Shown: positions 37,479 through 52,873, numbered from the whole stretch's first letter. The stretch: 63,862 nt of DNA, filler included, from Octopus bimaculoides (GCF_001194135.2; 7 parts of 6 records of this genome joined end to end with filler, not necessarily neighbours in it), one strand, 5' to 3'. Translations and numbers: made by a program. Notes: generated by a model from the letters alone, not told the origin.

Positions 37479-37659
37479 CTTTTCTACTCTAGACACAAAG
37501 CTCGAAATTTTGAGGGAGGGGTCCAGATCCAGTCAATTAGATCGACTCTATACGCAACTGGTACTTAATTTATCGATCCCGTAAGGATGAAAAGCAAAGT
37601 CGGCCTCGGCCGCTAAGCATTTCGCCCGGCGTGCTAACGTTTCTGCCAGCTCGCCGCCT
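37479..37659 (-). mobile_element. SINE with perfect 18-bp target-site duplication
   Basis: TATCTCTCGATCATTAAT at 37461-37478 and 37660-37677 flanks a family copy that has an internal deletion. Confidence 0.9.
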
Positions 37660-38322
37660 TATCTCTCGATCATTAATGAAATAACGAAACAATTCTATGT
37701 AAAGTTTGTTATATTTGTGTATCTAAAATTGGATACACAAATACAACAAAGCTGTCAACTTTACACGTGTATTTCTGTAAGTCAACTAACTTACATCCTT
37801 GGATTAATGGCAAAAATATACGTAATTCACTTACAAGGCTTTGGTCAACGGAAGGCTACGATAGAATACACTTCTACCTCATTTCCGATGTACCAAGCAG
37901 GAGAAGTGACCGCTATAAATGTTTGCTTTTCTTTGTCATACATGACTTTCATTGAAAATAAGCTTCAATGCGGTTGTGTCAGGCATTACGAGAAAAATAA
38001 GTACGTGATATAAAACGCTTCAAGTAAGATATAGGATCTCCAATGCCTGCTGCAATTGCGATTTCGTTTCATGAATTCTAATTTATTACTAACTGCCAAA
38101 TTTATATTAAAAAAATTATTCATCACCTATATTTTCTTAATACCAAGTCATAAACTGCTAACGAAAATAGTAATTATACATTTTACGCTTATCAACTTGA
38201 AACGGCTACTGACTGCGGGATAATTCAACTAAAGCCGTTCACAGGAGTGCACCATTATGATAATTGCACCGTCCAAAGGACGGGTGCATTTGCTAAGATA
38301 TATATATACATATACGCGCGCG

Positions 38323-38353
<31 letters not shown>

Positions 38354-38370
38354 ATATACATACATACACA

Positions 38371-39318
38371 CAGGGTGCGATGGGTAAATTATTGTCATTT
38401 TATAGTTTTAATTTCGCGCATGTGCATTGATTTTTTTCTTTATTTTATCGACTACACAGTATAGTAGGGGCAGTTGTGCACTTTCGGTGAGAAAAATAGC
38501 ACCATGACGCAATCTGATCTGTCAGAAATTTGGAAACGACATGCTGTACTGCTTGGCATTTACGCCAGAAGCTCTAGTTCGAACATTCAATCTGAGGCCA
38601 ATGCATTCCGAGGATATGTATCGAGAGTGATAAAAATCAAACATCCAGTCAACATCATGGTGTTTGATGTGATCACTAGTGATGGCCACGTTATGCCTCC
38701 ATTCATCTTCCCACACGACTTCAGACTCAACACGGAGGCCTACATCAAATGCCTGGAGGTGGTAGTGCTGCCCTGGGTCGAGGGGATGGCTACTAGACGA
38801 TCCTGTTTCTGGCATCAGGCCTCTGCACCATGTCACACAAGCAAGAAAACTGAGTCATGGCTGTCAGACAATTTCTGCGACCACATTACCCCTAACATCT
38901 TACTCCTCGGACTGCAACCCCCTTGGTTATTATGTGTGGGGTGCAGTTGAGTGAAAGACCAACAACACTTCTTGTAACATCAATGATGAACTGAAGCCAA
39001 GGATTGTGACAGCTTTCACCAATTTAAACAAGGAGACCGTCCAGAAAAGTTGCAGGAGATTCCGAAGTCGTCTGCAGACCGTCGTTAAAAGCAATGGCTA
39101 TTTTATTGAATGAATTTACTGTTTAGTATCTCAAAATACTTTTACGTAACTATGGTAAATATATCTGTTCAAACGAGATGTCAGTGTTATCTTCGTTTTT
39201 ACATGATTTAGAAGACAATTTATTAACCGCTTCCTGTATATGTGTGTGTACGTGTGCGACGCGTACAATAATCCATCAACTATCGCGTGTGTTACATTCC
39301 AAAACTTCACCTAGAAAT
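38371..39318 (+). mobile_element. Internally deleted Tc1/mariner element, maT (DD37D)-like
   Basis: Left end CAGGGTGCG. KHPVNIMVFDVITSDGHVMPPFIFP, WHQASAPCH (catalytic D lost), DCNPL.YYVWGAVE. Reconstructed D-to-D spacing about 37. Right end runs into a gap. Confidence 0.85.
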
Positions 39319-42300
39319 NNNNNNNNNNNNNNNNNNNNNNNNNNNNNNNNNNNNNNNNNNNNNNNNNNNNNNNNNNNNNNNNNNNNNNNNNNNNNNNNNN
39401 NNNNNNNNNNNNNNNNNNNNNNNNNNNNNNNNNNNNNNNNNNNNNNNNNNNNNNNNNNNNNNNNNNNNNNNNNNNNNNNNNNNNNNNNNNNNNNNNNNNN
39501 NNNNNNNNNNNNNNNNNNNNNNNNNNNNNNNNNNNNNNNNNNNNNNNNNNNNNNNNNNNNNNNNNNNNNNNNNNNNNNNNNNNNNNNNNNNNNNNNNNNN
39601 NNNNNNNNNNNNNNNNNNNNNNNNNNNNNNNNNNNNNNNNNNNNNNNNNNNNNNNNNNNNNNNNNNNNNNNNNNNNNNNNNNNNNNNNNNNNNNNNNNNN
39701 NNNNNNNNNNNNNNNNNNNNNNNNNNNNNNNNNNNNNNNNNNNNNNNNNNNNNNNNNNNNNNNNNNNNNNNNNNNNNNNNNNNNNNNNNNNNNNNNNNNN
39801 NNNNNNNNNNNNNNNNNNNNNNNNNNNNNNNNNNNNNNNNNNNNNNNNNNNNNNNNNNNNNNNNNNNNNNNNNNNNNNNNNNNNNNNNNNNNNNNNNNNN
39901 NNNNNNNNNNNNNNNNNNNNNNNNNNNNNNNNNNNNNNNNNNNNNNNNNNNNNNNNNNNNNNNNNNNNNNNNNNNNNNNNNNNNNNNNNNNNNNNNNNNN
40001 NNNNNNNNNNNNNNNNNNNNNNNNNNNNNNNNNNNNNNNNNNNNNNNNNNNNNNNNNNNNNNNNNNNNNNNNNNNNNNNNNNNNNNNNNNNNNNNNNNNA
40101 TTTAATATATCAGAGTAACAATCCAGAGTTGTATCGGCGGCACTGTTATTTCATTTGAAATATATTTCAAAAAGATATTAGATTTGAGAAATAAGCGTGA
40201 TTTTAATTGAAGTAATATTTTCAAAGGAATATTTTCTGGATAACAAAATTAAGTAAGCCATGTGTGTAAACTTGTTTATTTGTATTTTAAATATATTAGA
40301 AATGAAATTGCTCTGTGAAATTTAATTTTACGATTTATAAAATCAACTTAATGTATGTGACACGAAGAGATGCATAAATAAAGACAATACACACATACAC
40401 ACACACACACACACACTCATTGCTATAAAGTACTGTGTAACTGTGCAACCATTGTTTTCACGAACACATTGCTTATAAACCTACTATTGTTAGGAGTGTC
40501 AAGGTAAACTGTATAGACCAATTTGCATATTTAATGAATTTCTTACGGATAGATTGAACATTAGATTACTGGTGTGTTAACAGTGTTCCTTTTCATCATT
40601 ATCCTGTATTCTAAGCAAAAGCTGTTACTGCTGCAGTCTCTGACCACTATGCTATTTGGGTTCTGATCTGTTGCGGACCCCTTGACCTTGTATAAATGTG
40701 CATTGCATAAAATAGTTTGTAGCTAACCACACACAAAAAGAAATTAATTATTGGAACAGTTATAGTATATTGAACTGAACATAAACATTTCCTGTAGACT
40801 AATGGTGGAATATAAAGCAATGTGGAAGCTGACGAGTAGCATTCGAAATTGGTCATTAGTCAACAAAAAATAATTCCTGCTCAGTACGTTACCTTCTGAA
40901 CCATTCTTATAAAGCTGGTAATAAATTGTATGACGATAATAGTAATAATAACGGTTTCAAATTTTTACTCAAGGCCGGTAATTTTAGGGAGTTGGAGTTT
41001 AGTTGCATGATTATACATTTTATGATTTAAATCTGAATGGTTTTGAAATAACTAAAAATTAAAGTTAAAATTCCTTATTACATATTTGAGGGAATTAATA
41101 GCAAGCGAGCTTGCTGGTAATGTACAACGGAAGATATCTATAGATATAATACGTTAACACGAATGTAAACAAAATGTTCGCGAACAAAACATGACGAAGA
41201 TTCCGACAAGAATCAAACGGCACATCATTTTTAAAAAAAGCCTCAAATGGCGAAATTTGTGACCAACAAAATAAAAATATCAGCAACAAAATTTGCTTTG
41301 AAGGGAATTTGTTTTCTTTTTCTAGAAGGTGGGATGGGAACACCTTTCATCGAATACGTCATGGGTTAAATGTGATCGATAAGTTTTACTTTTATTCTGG
41401 TGTTACTTAACCCAAAATCAAACTTCTCCGAACTTAACATCAGTTAAAGGAGTTCCATAGCTATTTCTTCTTTCAGAAATAATGCATACAAGATCACGCA
41501 ATCCAATGAGCTCTTTCTATTTCAAAACTCTAGTATATGATTTGAAAAAGAATTAGCTACTATTCATGATTGGTAGAATGAGTGTGCAAGTGTCTCTTGT
41601 TGACACATTCTCTCTATGTTTCTAATTTTAGCAGGTAGCGTGAATACTTAGAACAACGTTTTCTTGTTGGCTCATAGCATTTTATTTGTTATACATACAA
41701 AGGCAGTGGTTGTGTTTTATGTCTTAAATAATCATCCTGGTGAGTAAAGATTTTTGTGTTATCATTCTAATTTAGAGTGATCTGTCATATTTCCGGCATA
41801 CTTTAAAATATGTTGCAGCACGCACAGGTGAAACGATTATTCATTTTTATCTGCAGTTTATGATCTAAAATCCGATTCGACCATTATTTTCTTTTAGAAT
41901 TATTTCATTCATTTTTAATAAAAGTAGTTCATCTTAATTCTTTTGAAAATTGCATCACGTTATATTAATAAAGATTTATTTTATCTTTTAGTGATTTTCT
42001 TTTTATAATAATGTTTTCTTTATATATTGAGGTGACTGATGAAAGAATCATGAGATCGTGGGAGAAAATACTTAACGGTATTTCTTCTAGCTTTTTACAT
42101 TCTGAGTTCAAATCCCACAGAGGTCAACATTGCCTCTCATCTTTGCGTGGTATCAATGCCAATCAAGTAATAGTCCTTCTTTAATCAATTACCAGTCAGG
42201 AGCTGGACTTCATATGACGGTTCAAAGTTGTTTTTCGATTCAGATCATGCATATCCTGCAAAGACACAGTCACCAGCTCTGTCGGACTTTGCCTCATAGG

Positions 42301-43329
42301 GATGCCCTTGGGCATCATAGGGTAGCTTATTGCATGGACAACAGTTCTGCACCCTGAAGAGGAAGCTCCAATGCTACCTCACCACGCTCTTCCAACACCA
42401 ACTGAAAATTTTTAAGGTGCCGATTCATATAATGAAACATAAGAATATTAAAAAGAAATAGGGAAGAAGAGAATATTGCGTAAAGTATGTCCACCCAGGG
42501 ATTACCCTACGCAACAAAATAACATAATACATACGCGACATAATCGATAGCTTGTACTTTAGATATTCAACACACCAGCAGTGAGTCACATAAATCATAT
42601 TACATATAAGTGTCACCCAATAATATAACACCACCCACATAACACAAATTTCACAGCACATGATAAGCAACCAACATACAGTAAAATATTAACCTGTAAG
42701 GATATATTCAGCGCTTCACCAGTACAGTATCGTAGCCAAAATTTGACTAATTGCTTTCTGGAGGTGGGAAAATCATTAATTTTCAAAAATATAAATACCA
42801 GAAACACTCGGCCAAACAAATTATAGCTTTATATCCTGCACGAGTAGTTACTCAGTTGGAGTGAAATAACATATTAACAGAAAAAACAGAAAGTGTGCCA
42901 GAAAGAGATTTATGGTTGTAAAAACTTTTTAACAGAGACTAACATTATAAAAGAGTGATTATAGAAGACAGCGAAAAGAAGTAAACAAACAAATAGCTTT
43001 GACTGCTTAAAAGCATTTTGAACACTCCGAAATTGTAAAGAAATTATACATTAATAGAACAGCTCCAATACTTACAAAAATTTAACAACCATGTCATGTC
43101 CAAACGCTTAAAACGACCCCAAATCAGCTTCTTAGCCATGTTTTGAGAGGAATTCTTTGCAGTTTGAATAATTCATCTCTGGAAACATGAGTGTTTCGTT
43201 CAACACCTATAAACAACCCTTATTCAGGGACTTTTTGAGCGGAATGGGCTATTCGACCCGAAGAAAATTCTAACTGGGGCCCCACCTGCATGGTCATGTG
43301 CTGTTTATATATACTTTGATATTTTGATA

Positions 43330-43735
43330 GGTTTCGGTCAGTATTGGCCCAGGCCATGTCTAACTTAATAGCACCACCTGGAATCGGACAACATGGCCCA
43401 CTCGAGGAGAGGGTTATTGTTCATGGAGCCATATCCGTGTGTAGGAGATTTATCCGGGAATTTTTGAAGGAATTTGTCTAAAGACTTGAACTTTATGGTG
43501 TCTGTTTCTTCTTTAATGTATTTTGGTGTAATGTTAAAGAGAGAGGGGCCAATTGAGGTGAAACAATTGTGTTGTATTGTTGTTATGTGATGCGAATATG
43601 ATTTATGTTGTGGGCGGATTGCACGGGATCCAAGTCTTGGGTGTATCTTAAAGGCGATACCAACATCATTTGGGCAATGTTGATGGAATATTTTCCACAT
43701 CATGCAGATGATGTAGCGCTCACAGCGGCGTTTTA
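43330..43735 (-). mobile_element. CR1-like LINE 3' fragment
   Basis: RCERYIICMMWKI...PN...FTSIGPSLFNITP..IK...FKSLDKFLQKFPD, typical of the CR1-type ORF2 C-terminus. Confidence 0.7.
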
Positions 43736-44724
43736 GAGATTAAAGCTTGAAGTTTTTCTAGTCGACCCTAATAGTCAAGGCCTGTCATGCCATCTATCTG
43801 TTTTGTAATTGACCGTTCTTTCTTACAAAATACGTAGAACTGCTAAAAGTGCTCGGGTCGAACCTGAGACAAAAGATTCGAATTAAGATATAAACTCAAA
43901 TTAGGCAATCATACTCATGCATTTATAAATTCGACTTAAAATGCGTATACATATATTAATACATATCAACACATATGAATACTTTTTAAAATATTTATAA
44001 AATATAAATATATATATATATATACATAAAAGTACATGTAAATAACACCCATGTGGGATACGTATGGAAGGAAGTAGGAGAAAAAGAGGAATGATTAAAA
44101 GAGGACTAAAAAAAATTTTTATACTGAAATTAAGAGCGGTTAAGAGTTTCGATTAAAAGATCCATGAAGTCCGGTGTGTTCTTTTTAAAATATAAATGAT
44201 ATATAAGGTATATAATACAGTTCAAGGAGGTTCACTGTCAACGGCCGTTTCTAGAGTTCATGTCCTGGTAGAAAAATTAATAAATCTTACAAACCATGCG
44301 GACAATGTCCCCTGCATCAGGAAAGATATCCTCATGAAATTACATTCTTTATATATATTTATTTATNNNNNNNNNNNNNNNNNNNNNNNNNNNNNNNNNN
44401 NNNNNNNNNNNNNNNNNNNNNNNNNNNNNNNNNNNNNNNNNNNNNNNNNNNNNNNNNNNNNNNNNNNNNNNNNNNNNNNNNNNNNNNNNNNNNNNNNNNN
44501 NNNNNNNNNNNNNNNNNNNNNNNNNNNNNNNNNNNNNNNNNNNNNNNNNNNNNNNNNNNNNNNNNNNNNNNNNNNNNNNNNNNNNNNNNNNNNNNNNNNN
44601 NNNNNNNNNNNNNNNNNNNNNNNNNNNNNNNNNNNNNNNNNNNNNNNNNNNNNNNGCGATATTATTGCAGTATTATTAAATCAGTTTCATTTGTTATTTA
44701 TACATGAAAGGATTATTATTATCA

Positions 44725-44771
<47 letters not shown>

Positions 44772-45750
44772 GTTATTGTTATTGTTGTTGTTGTTGCTGT
44801 TTTATTATTTTTATTATTGTTATTATTGTGATTACTAAGGATGAGGATAATAATGCTAACAATATCATATATTCTTATTCTTAATAGCAATTAAAAAGAT
44901 ATCAGCATTTTTCAAATGGTTAATTTGTTACATCGAGTTTATAATACCGGATATGAGAAGGTAAAGTTCACTTACTTAAACACCAGCAGACATTAACATC
45001 CGGTCTGTTATTAATTTTTTTTTTTTTTGTTTTTGTTCACATAACCGACGCAAATGGCCTTTAAGGTGAAATAGAGAATTAGAAATAGTGTTCTCATTAT
45101 TCTACAGTGTGTCTTCGTTTTTATCTCATTTGTGCAGTTACCATTAACATATTCCTTACCATATAAAATTCATTATATTATGATATAGTCATTTCTAATG
45201 GAATTTCTAACTATTATCCACCTCCTTTCGCCTTATCTCATGAATTTATTAAACCCAGACTGAAAAGAGAAGAAATTTCACAATATATAGAAAAATATTT
45301 TGTTATTGATATAAATTGCTGATCACTGGACATTAATTTAGAAATTTTAATTAAAACTCATGCCTTGATTTACATAGTACAGCGCGTCTTTCTATTAAAT
45401 TTAAGTTTAATTTTCTTTGAAACATAATTTATTGAATTACACTCTTCATATGCTAATGATGTTATTCGATATTTCGTGTTCATATCAATACACACATGCC
45501 CACTCACAATGAAGCAAATGCATGTGCATATACATACATAATACATACACAGATATGTGCATATATATATATATATATANNNNNNNNNNTACATACATAC
45601 ATACATACATACATACATACACACGTTCATACATACATACCTGTGATTAAGTGTGTGCACGGGCATGCGTATTATAACGCACGTTCACACATTATGTCGT
45701 CTTAAATCAGTTTCATTTGTTATTTATACATGAAAGGATTATTATTATCA

Positions 45751-45797
<47 letters not shown>

Positions 45798-45952
45798 GTT
45801 ATTGTTATTGTTGTTGTTGTTGCTGTTTTATTATTTTTATTATTGTTATTATNNNNNNNNNNNNNNNNNNNNNNNNNNNNNNNNNNNNNNNNNNNNTTAA
45901 TTAATTAANNNNNNNNNNNNNNNNNNNNNNNNNNNNNNNNNNNNNNNNNNNN

Positions 45953-46027
<75 letters not shown>

Positions 46028-47286
46028 CAAATGCACACATACGTACATAATACACATACATGTCTTCATTCACACATCTTCGCTATATAAGTGCGTATGT
46101 GTGAATTCGATTTCAACTTTGACACTCTGATGAATCTTTGGATATTACGGTATGAATATCTTGGGAACGTCAAGAACAGTTCATCTGCATTGTTTGTAGA
46201 TCTGGGAACCGATTTCTATGCATCACAAAATACACGTGTAGGAAGTCGGCCATACGATAAAAATTCTAGATTGAGGAGTTGGTTATTGTTATTGTTGTTT
46301 CTGTTGTTGTATATGTTCGTGTGGTGGGGGTATAGTTTGTGCTGCTTGTGAATAGTTGGATCTATCTGATGCTTTCTGATGTTGTCAATAAAAGGAAAGG
46401 AGACACTGGATTTGATAGGTTCTATATTGAGTCTGTTATGCTGGGTTTCGTTTCCTGGTGATTGGAATAGAGCTGGATTCGCTGTTACTTAGCCAAATGT
46501 CAGCCTAACTTACCATTCCAGCCAGTAGCATCACGTCTCTTTATGAGTGTTTACGAGTATTTTATCGAATTTCCTTATGCAAGGCAGTACGTTGTAAGTT
46601 AAGATATATTTGGTTGCTATTTCTAGCCAGTCGTATGACGTGCTACAGTGGTTTAACTCTTGACATAATGATGGTGACGGTGACGTTTGTACTGTAATAG
46701 TAATCAGGACAGTGTGATGATGATGATGATGATGATGAGGATGATGGTTACTGGATAAGAGCTAACTTAGATCGGNNNNNNNNNNNNNNNNNNNNNNNNN
46801 NNNNNNNNNNNNNNNNNNNNNNNNNNNNNNNNNNNNNNNNNNNNNNNNNNNNNNNNNNNNNNNNNNNNNNNNNNNNNNNNNNNNNNNNNNNNNNNNNNNN
46901 NNNNNNNNNNNNNNNNNNNNNNNNNNNNNNNNNNNNNNNNNNNNNNNNNNNNNNNNNNNNNNNNNNNNNNNNNNNNNNNNNNNNNNNNNNNNNNNNNNNN
47001 NNNNNNNNNNNNNNNNNNNNNNNNNNNNNNNNNNNNNNNNNNNNNNNNNNNNNNNNNNNNNNNNNNNNNNNNNNNNNNNNNNNNNNNNNNNNNNNNNNNN
47101 NNNNNNNNNNNNNNNNNNNNNNNNNNNNNNNNNNNNNNNNNNNNNNNNNNNNNNNNNNNNNNNNNNNNNNNNNNNNNNNNNNNNNNNNNNNNNTATGTAT
47201 GTATGTATGTATATGGTAGCGGTGGTGAATAGGCTGATGGTAGTCATACTTTAGCGGAACTATGATGGTAAGGCGGAGGATGGTAC

Positions 47287-47339
<53 letters not shown>

Positions 47340-47748
47340 GTGGTGGCGGTGGTGATGATGGTGGTGGTGGTGGTGATGGTGGATATTTTACATTCTCCAA
47401 TTCCATGTGATTAAATTTCAGAGTAAGTTTACCGAGAAAAAAATTAGAACAATTTAAATTGATGTTCACTTTTTCGCTTTCACTCATTTCCCCAATCACT
47501 CCCCATCGTTCTCTCTCTACTTCTCTTCCCCCCCCCCCACTTTCCTCCTCTCTCTCCCTCTCCCTCCTCTCAATCACTATATTTTCTTGTTCCATATTCT
47601 TTTTCTCACTTTTTCTACTCCACTTTCTTACACCCTCCCTTACCCCTTATTCCTTTTGTCATGTTTTCCCTTTTTTAAGCATTTCAAAACCACCCCTATC
47701 TACCTCTCCATCAATATGAATATTTATTTACTATTACATCTATCTATC

Positions 47749-47791
<43 letters not shown>

Positions 47792-48062
47792 TTTCTGTCT
47801 TTCAGTCTATCACATATATGCACACATAAACATATATTATATATATATAAATATATACACACACATATATATATACACATGTATATGCACATATATACAC
47901 ACAAATATACATATATACACACACACATATATATACATATATATACATATATACGCACACAAATATATATAAATATATATACATAGACAGATATATGTAA
48001 ATGCATGCATGTATGTATGTAGTTAATGTATCTATCTATCTATCTGTCTATCTATCTATCTA

Positions 48063-48133
<71 letters not shown>

Positions 48134-49425
48134 GCACATATTTTCACACACATACATGCGTACATATGTGTGTTTATGCAATTGCGTATGTAGATAGCTA
48201 GCTGGTTATGTATGTATGTATGTATGTATGTATGTATGTATGTATCTACCTATCTATCTATTTATCTTACTGTCTATCTATCTCTCTATCTATCTATCTA
48301 TCTACCAATCTATCTAATCTATCTATCTAGGCATCTTATGACTATTTTTAACCCAAGAATTTATCTTCGTTAGAACATTTTTCCTTAATTATATTTCTTC
48401 AAATTAGGTTGAGGAAATTTATTTTCTCCAATCTCAACAAAGACCAGAACTTTCTCACATTTCACGTTGAATCTTTTTTCTTTTACTAAGCGCCCGGGAA
48501 TGGTGTGTAACATACATACAAACAAGCATATATTTAGATGTACATGCGCTTACATACATATATACATACATACATACATAAACAAAGTGCATCATACTCC
48601 ACCTTGAATACGTGCACAGGGGCTTACAAAATGACAAATAGATACGCACATACACACGTATACAGGCTGACACATAGGCAAGCATACAGACTCTGTTTTG
48701 TTGATTCAGGAAAATTCACATGAATGCATACATATAAACAGACTTAAAGAGAGACTAAGGAAATATATACAGAAGTATATGTGTGTGTATGTATATGTAT
48801 CCATATGTTTGTAAGTATACGTATATTTTTCATATATTGCATGTATGAAAGTATACGTAAATATTTATAGGCAAACATAAAGGGATCTCTGTCGGTTTCG
48901 GCGAAAATTATTCCCCTTGACGGCGAGTATTCTGTATGATCAAGTGTATTTTCTACTTATCGAGTTAACATTTAAGTGGCTGAACTTCGACAGAGCCATA
49001 TGACCGTAACGTTATTTTCTGTTAGAAATCAACGTAATTAGCGTAGCAAGGATGCGCCTGTAATGACGTTCAACGAGTTACTATAAAGTTACTGTGAATC
49101 AAGTTTCACTCATAAACCCTTACTGCTAGCAGCAAGACTCCTCTAAGTCATATGATAAGGAAATTCTATTTCTTTATCAAAATTCGATCTAGACGAATTT
49201 ATATAGTAAATAATATTAATCTTTGTTGACAAAACCGCTCTGTACGTCAACGGATCACAACGCTGCGTACTTCATCTGACTGAAAAATTCCAAGTACTAA
49301 AGCAGCCAGTGATATTAAGTGCTCTTTCCTTTCGTAAATATAACCCTGTATGTGTGTATGCATCTATGTGTATGCGTGCGAGTGTGTGAGCTAGAGAGTG
49401 TGTGTGTGTGTGTGTGTATGTGTGT

Positions 49426-49456
<31 letters not shown>

Positions 49457-50662
49457 CGTACGTGTGTGTGTGTGTGTGTGCGTACGTGTGTGGGTGTGTG
49501 TGCGTACGTGTGTGTGCGTGTGTAAATAAAGGAAAAATTCAAGAATATTATTTTTAAAAAATTACATCATTCGAATCGTCGGAAGTAATACCTCCGAGCA
49601 ATCGAAAGAGGTCATAGATAAATAGAGGTATAATGTAAAGCATAATAAAAAGACCAAAAACAAAAAAAAAACATGATTAATTGCCCTTGTAGCAGGAGAA
49701 GGAAAGTATTTGTATTACGAATATTACAAGAAGCTATATGGATGAAGGAAAGAATTAAGTCTCATTTTAAGACTATAAAATTACCATAGGCCTGTGGTAA
49801 AACTTAGGGGCATAGCGAAATAACTTTACAACTCAAAATATGTTGGTTTCCCCGTACCCAACAAAGCCGCTTGATTTGAAGGGATTGCTGCTGTGAAAAA
49901 TACCTAAATTTTGCTAAACGAGTACAGCTTTAGAGGACAAAGTATCTCTAGCGCATCTCTATTTCATTTCATTTTATTAATAGATCTTTGTTTATACAAA
50001 ACTCAGAAAAATTTAATTTTGGTTTAAATTCACTAAATGTTCATATGCTATAAAGTTGAGACATAAAGATATCGAAACGGGAGTGTGCAGATAATTTTGA
50101 AAGGACAATATAAGTCGAATATCTATGTTTGAACCTTCACACTATGTTTTACAATGAAAATTAATACAAATGATGGAAAAGAGGAAAATATAACTTTCAT
50201 AAATTCAATACAAAATACAAAACTTTAATTGGATTCGATTACAGGATTTTTCGTGCTCAACAATAAATAGTAACTTCTTCTTACTCAGAAAACAAAAAAT
50301 GTTTACGGTTCTGCTAAAACAATAGTTATAGGAAAATGATATGGCAATACGTCATGCGAATGGTGCATAACACGATATGTGTGTTTGTGTGTGTATGTGT
50401 GTGTGTGTTGTATTCAAATCTATATATATTCTTTATTCTTTTATCTCTAAGTTGTTTCAGTCATTAGAGTGCTGCAACGCTGTGGCACCGCGTGGAAGAA
50501 TTTTAGTTGAACGAATCGATACCAGCAGTTATTTATGATTTTTTTAAAACCGAGTACTTATTGTATCACTCAAATTTTACCGAACCGTTAAGTTGCAGTG
50601 ATGTGAACACAACACTGGTTGCCAAACGCACACATACGTACATAAATACATACATACATACT

Positions 50663-50745
<83 letters not shown>

Positions 50746-50924
50746 ACTTGTACACTTCTTTCAGTTTCTGTGTACCAAATCACAAGGCTTTGGTCGGCCC
50801 GAAGCTATAATAGAAGACACTTGCCCGAGGTGCCACGCAGTGGGACTGACCCCGGAACCATGTGGCTGGGAAGCAATTTCTTACCACCCTTATACGTATA
50901 TACATACATACATACATACATACA

Positions 50925-52873
50925 CAAAGAGTGATTGTATTATCACTAACAGAATACAATATCACAAAGGCATATTCAAGGAGACAGCCACTCTGTGGTA
51001 TTGTCAAAATATTCTGTAAACCCCTTGTTATTCATGTTAAGGAAGCCTGAAGGATATCTCACTGGTTCACAAGGAAACAGAAATACCAAAATTACACACT
51101 GTTTTTGTTGTGTGTGAATTAAAACTTAATGTAAAGAATGTGAATGAGATGAAAAAGAGCCTTGACCTAGTTACAACATTCTCAAAGGATATAAGGTTGG
51201 AGTTTGGTCAGGATAAATGTCGTTATATGGTCGTGAAAACGGGGAAACTATAAACCAGACTAGTAACATCTCCATCAATGATTTCACTGTTTCCCCTGTT
51301 TTTGACGAGGAATGTTATAGGTATCTAGGAGTGGATGAAAATATATCTTACAAAGCACCTGTAACAAAACACTTGTCACTAAAGAATATTACAGCCCAAT
51401 AAAGAAAATTTGCACATCAGAACTCTCTGCATTCAACAAAACAGTGGTCCACAATGTGTTTTCAGTGCCAGTACTCATACCAACATTTGGGCTGCTTGAT
51501 TGGACGCTTGATGAGATCCGAGGCATTGATGTGAAAACCCGAAAAATACTAACAAGCACACATAATTTCCACATAAACAGTGGCGTAGACCGCCTCTACC
51601 CAAAACGTAAACAAGGAGACAGAGGCTTAACATCGATCCAAAGTGCCTTTGAATGTCGCATCATATCCCTTCGGCCACATCTTTTAACCAGCAAGCGTTG
51701 AAGTGCATTCCTTGTCCAAATTTGTATACATGACGCTGATAACATAAGACTGGGAAGGCAGCTCCTTGAGCAACACTCTTTGTCTGATAACCTAGAATAC
51801 ATGCCCAACGAAGTCACACGACACTACCGCAACATATCCTCAGATGAAAGGATAAGCCTATATGAGCAGAAGATTATGCATGGATATGATAGTAGAAAGC
51901 TCCGTGATGATAGTAACATCGATCATCAAAGAAGTTTATCATGGACGAATAGCCGGATTACTACCTCCTACTTTGAAGGGTATGCGTTTGCAATCCACGA
52001 ACAGGAAATATCAACGAAGTACCTGATACACAAAAGAGATAGAGATGCGGGAAAAGCCGTAAAATGTGACAACCGATGCAGACTTTGTGGAGCTCACACT
52101 GAAGATATCACCTACATCATAAGCAGTTGTCCGAAAATGTCATTGCGGTATTATCTTCCAATGAGACATGACATTGTAGCTAGGACACTCTATAATGAAA
52201 TCCGTCGGAAGGATAATCCTGAGGACAAAGAAATAAAAACCCACAAAATGGTAGAAGCCGTAGCCACTCATAATAAAAAGGAATACTGGTGGAATGTACC
52301 AGTGAAGACCTTAATAATATGCAAGTACAACAGACCTGATATAATGATTTGAGATAGAGAAGAGAAACTGTGCACAGTTGTGAAAATTAGTTGCCCAGCG
52401 GATGTTAACATAAAGCTGAAGATCAGTAAAAAAGAGAATACCTATATTGAACAGCTGAGGATTCTGCAGTTACACTACCCAGATTACAAGTTCAGGTTTA
52501 TATCTGTAATTATTAGGGCTCTGAGATATGTATCACACTGCCTAAATACCCATCTTGACTTCTCAAAATCACAAAGGAGAAAGCTAATTCGAAGACTACA
52601 GATCCAATCCATCACTGGAACTGTAAAAATCTGTAAAACATTCCAGAAGTTTATCATTCAAAATATATATGAGCATGTCTAGATATGTAACTATATGCAG
52701 GAGAATACATACATAAAACATACAAATCTGCACATACATACATACAGACATTCATACATACAAACAAAAATACCCTGTTGTTGATGTTGAAATTCCAATG
52801 AAGGAACTTTGGATCTGGGTTAGAACCGGTTCTTTCTCTTTTGGCAAGAAATCTTGAAATAAACTGAATAATG
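50925..52873 (+). mobile_element. 5'-truncated R4/Dong-like RLE LINE (second family), flanked by (TACA)n
   Basis: Frameshifted KGIFQGDS (about 50966-50988), LVTTFSKDIRLEFGQDKC, NVFSVPVL.PTFG..DWT..EI..ID.KTRKILT...RLY, knuckle CRLCGAHTEDITYIISSC, RHD, NRPD, ISCP. (TACA)6 at 50901-50924 and (ACAT)n at 52874-52898. Confidence 0.85.
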
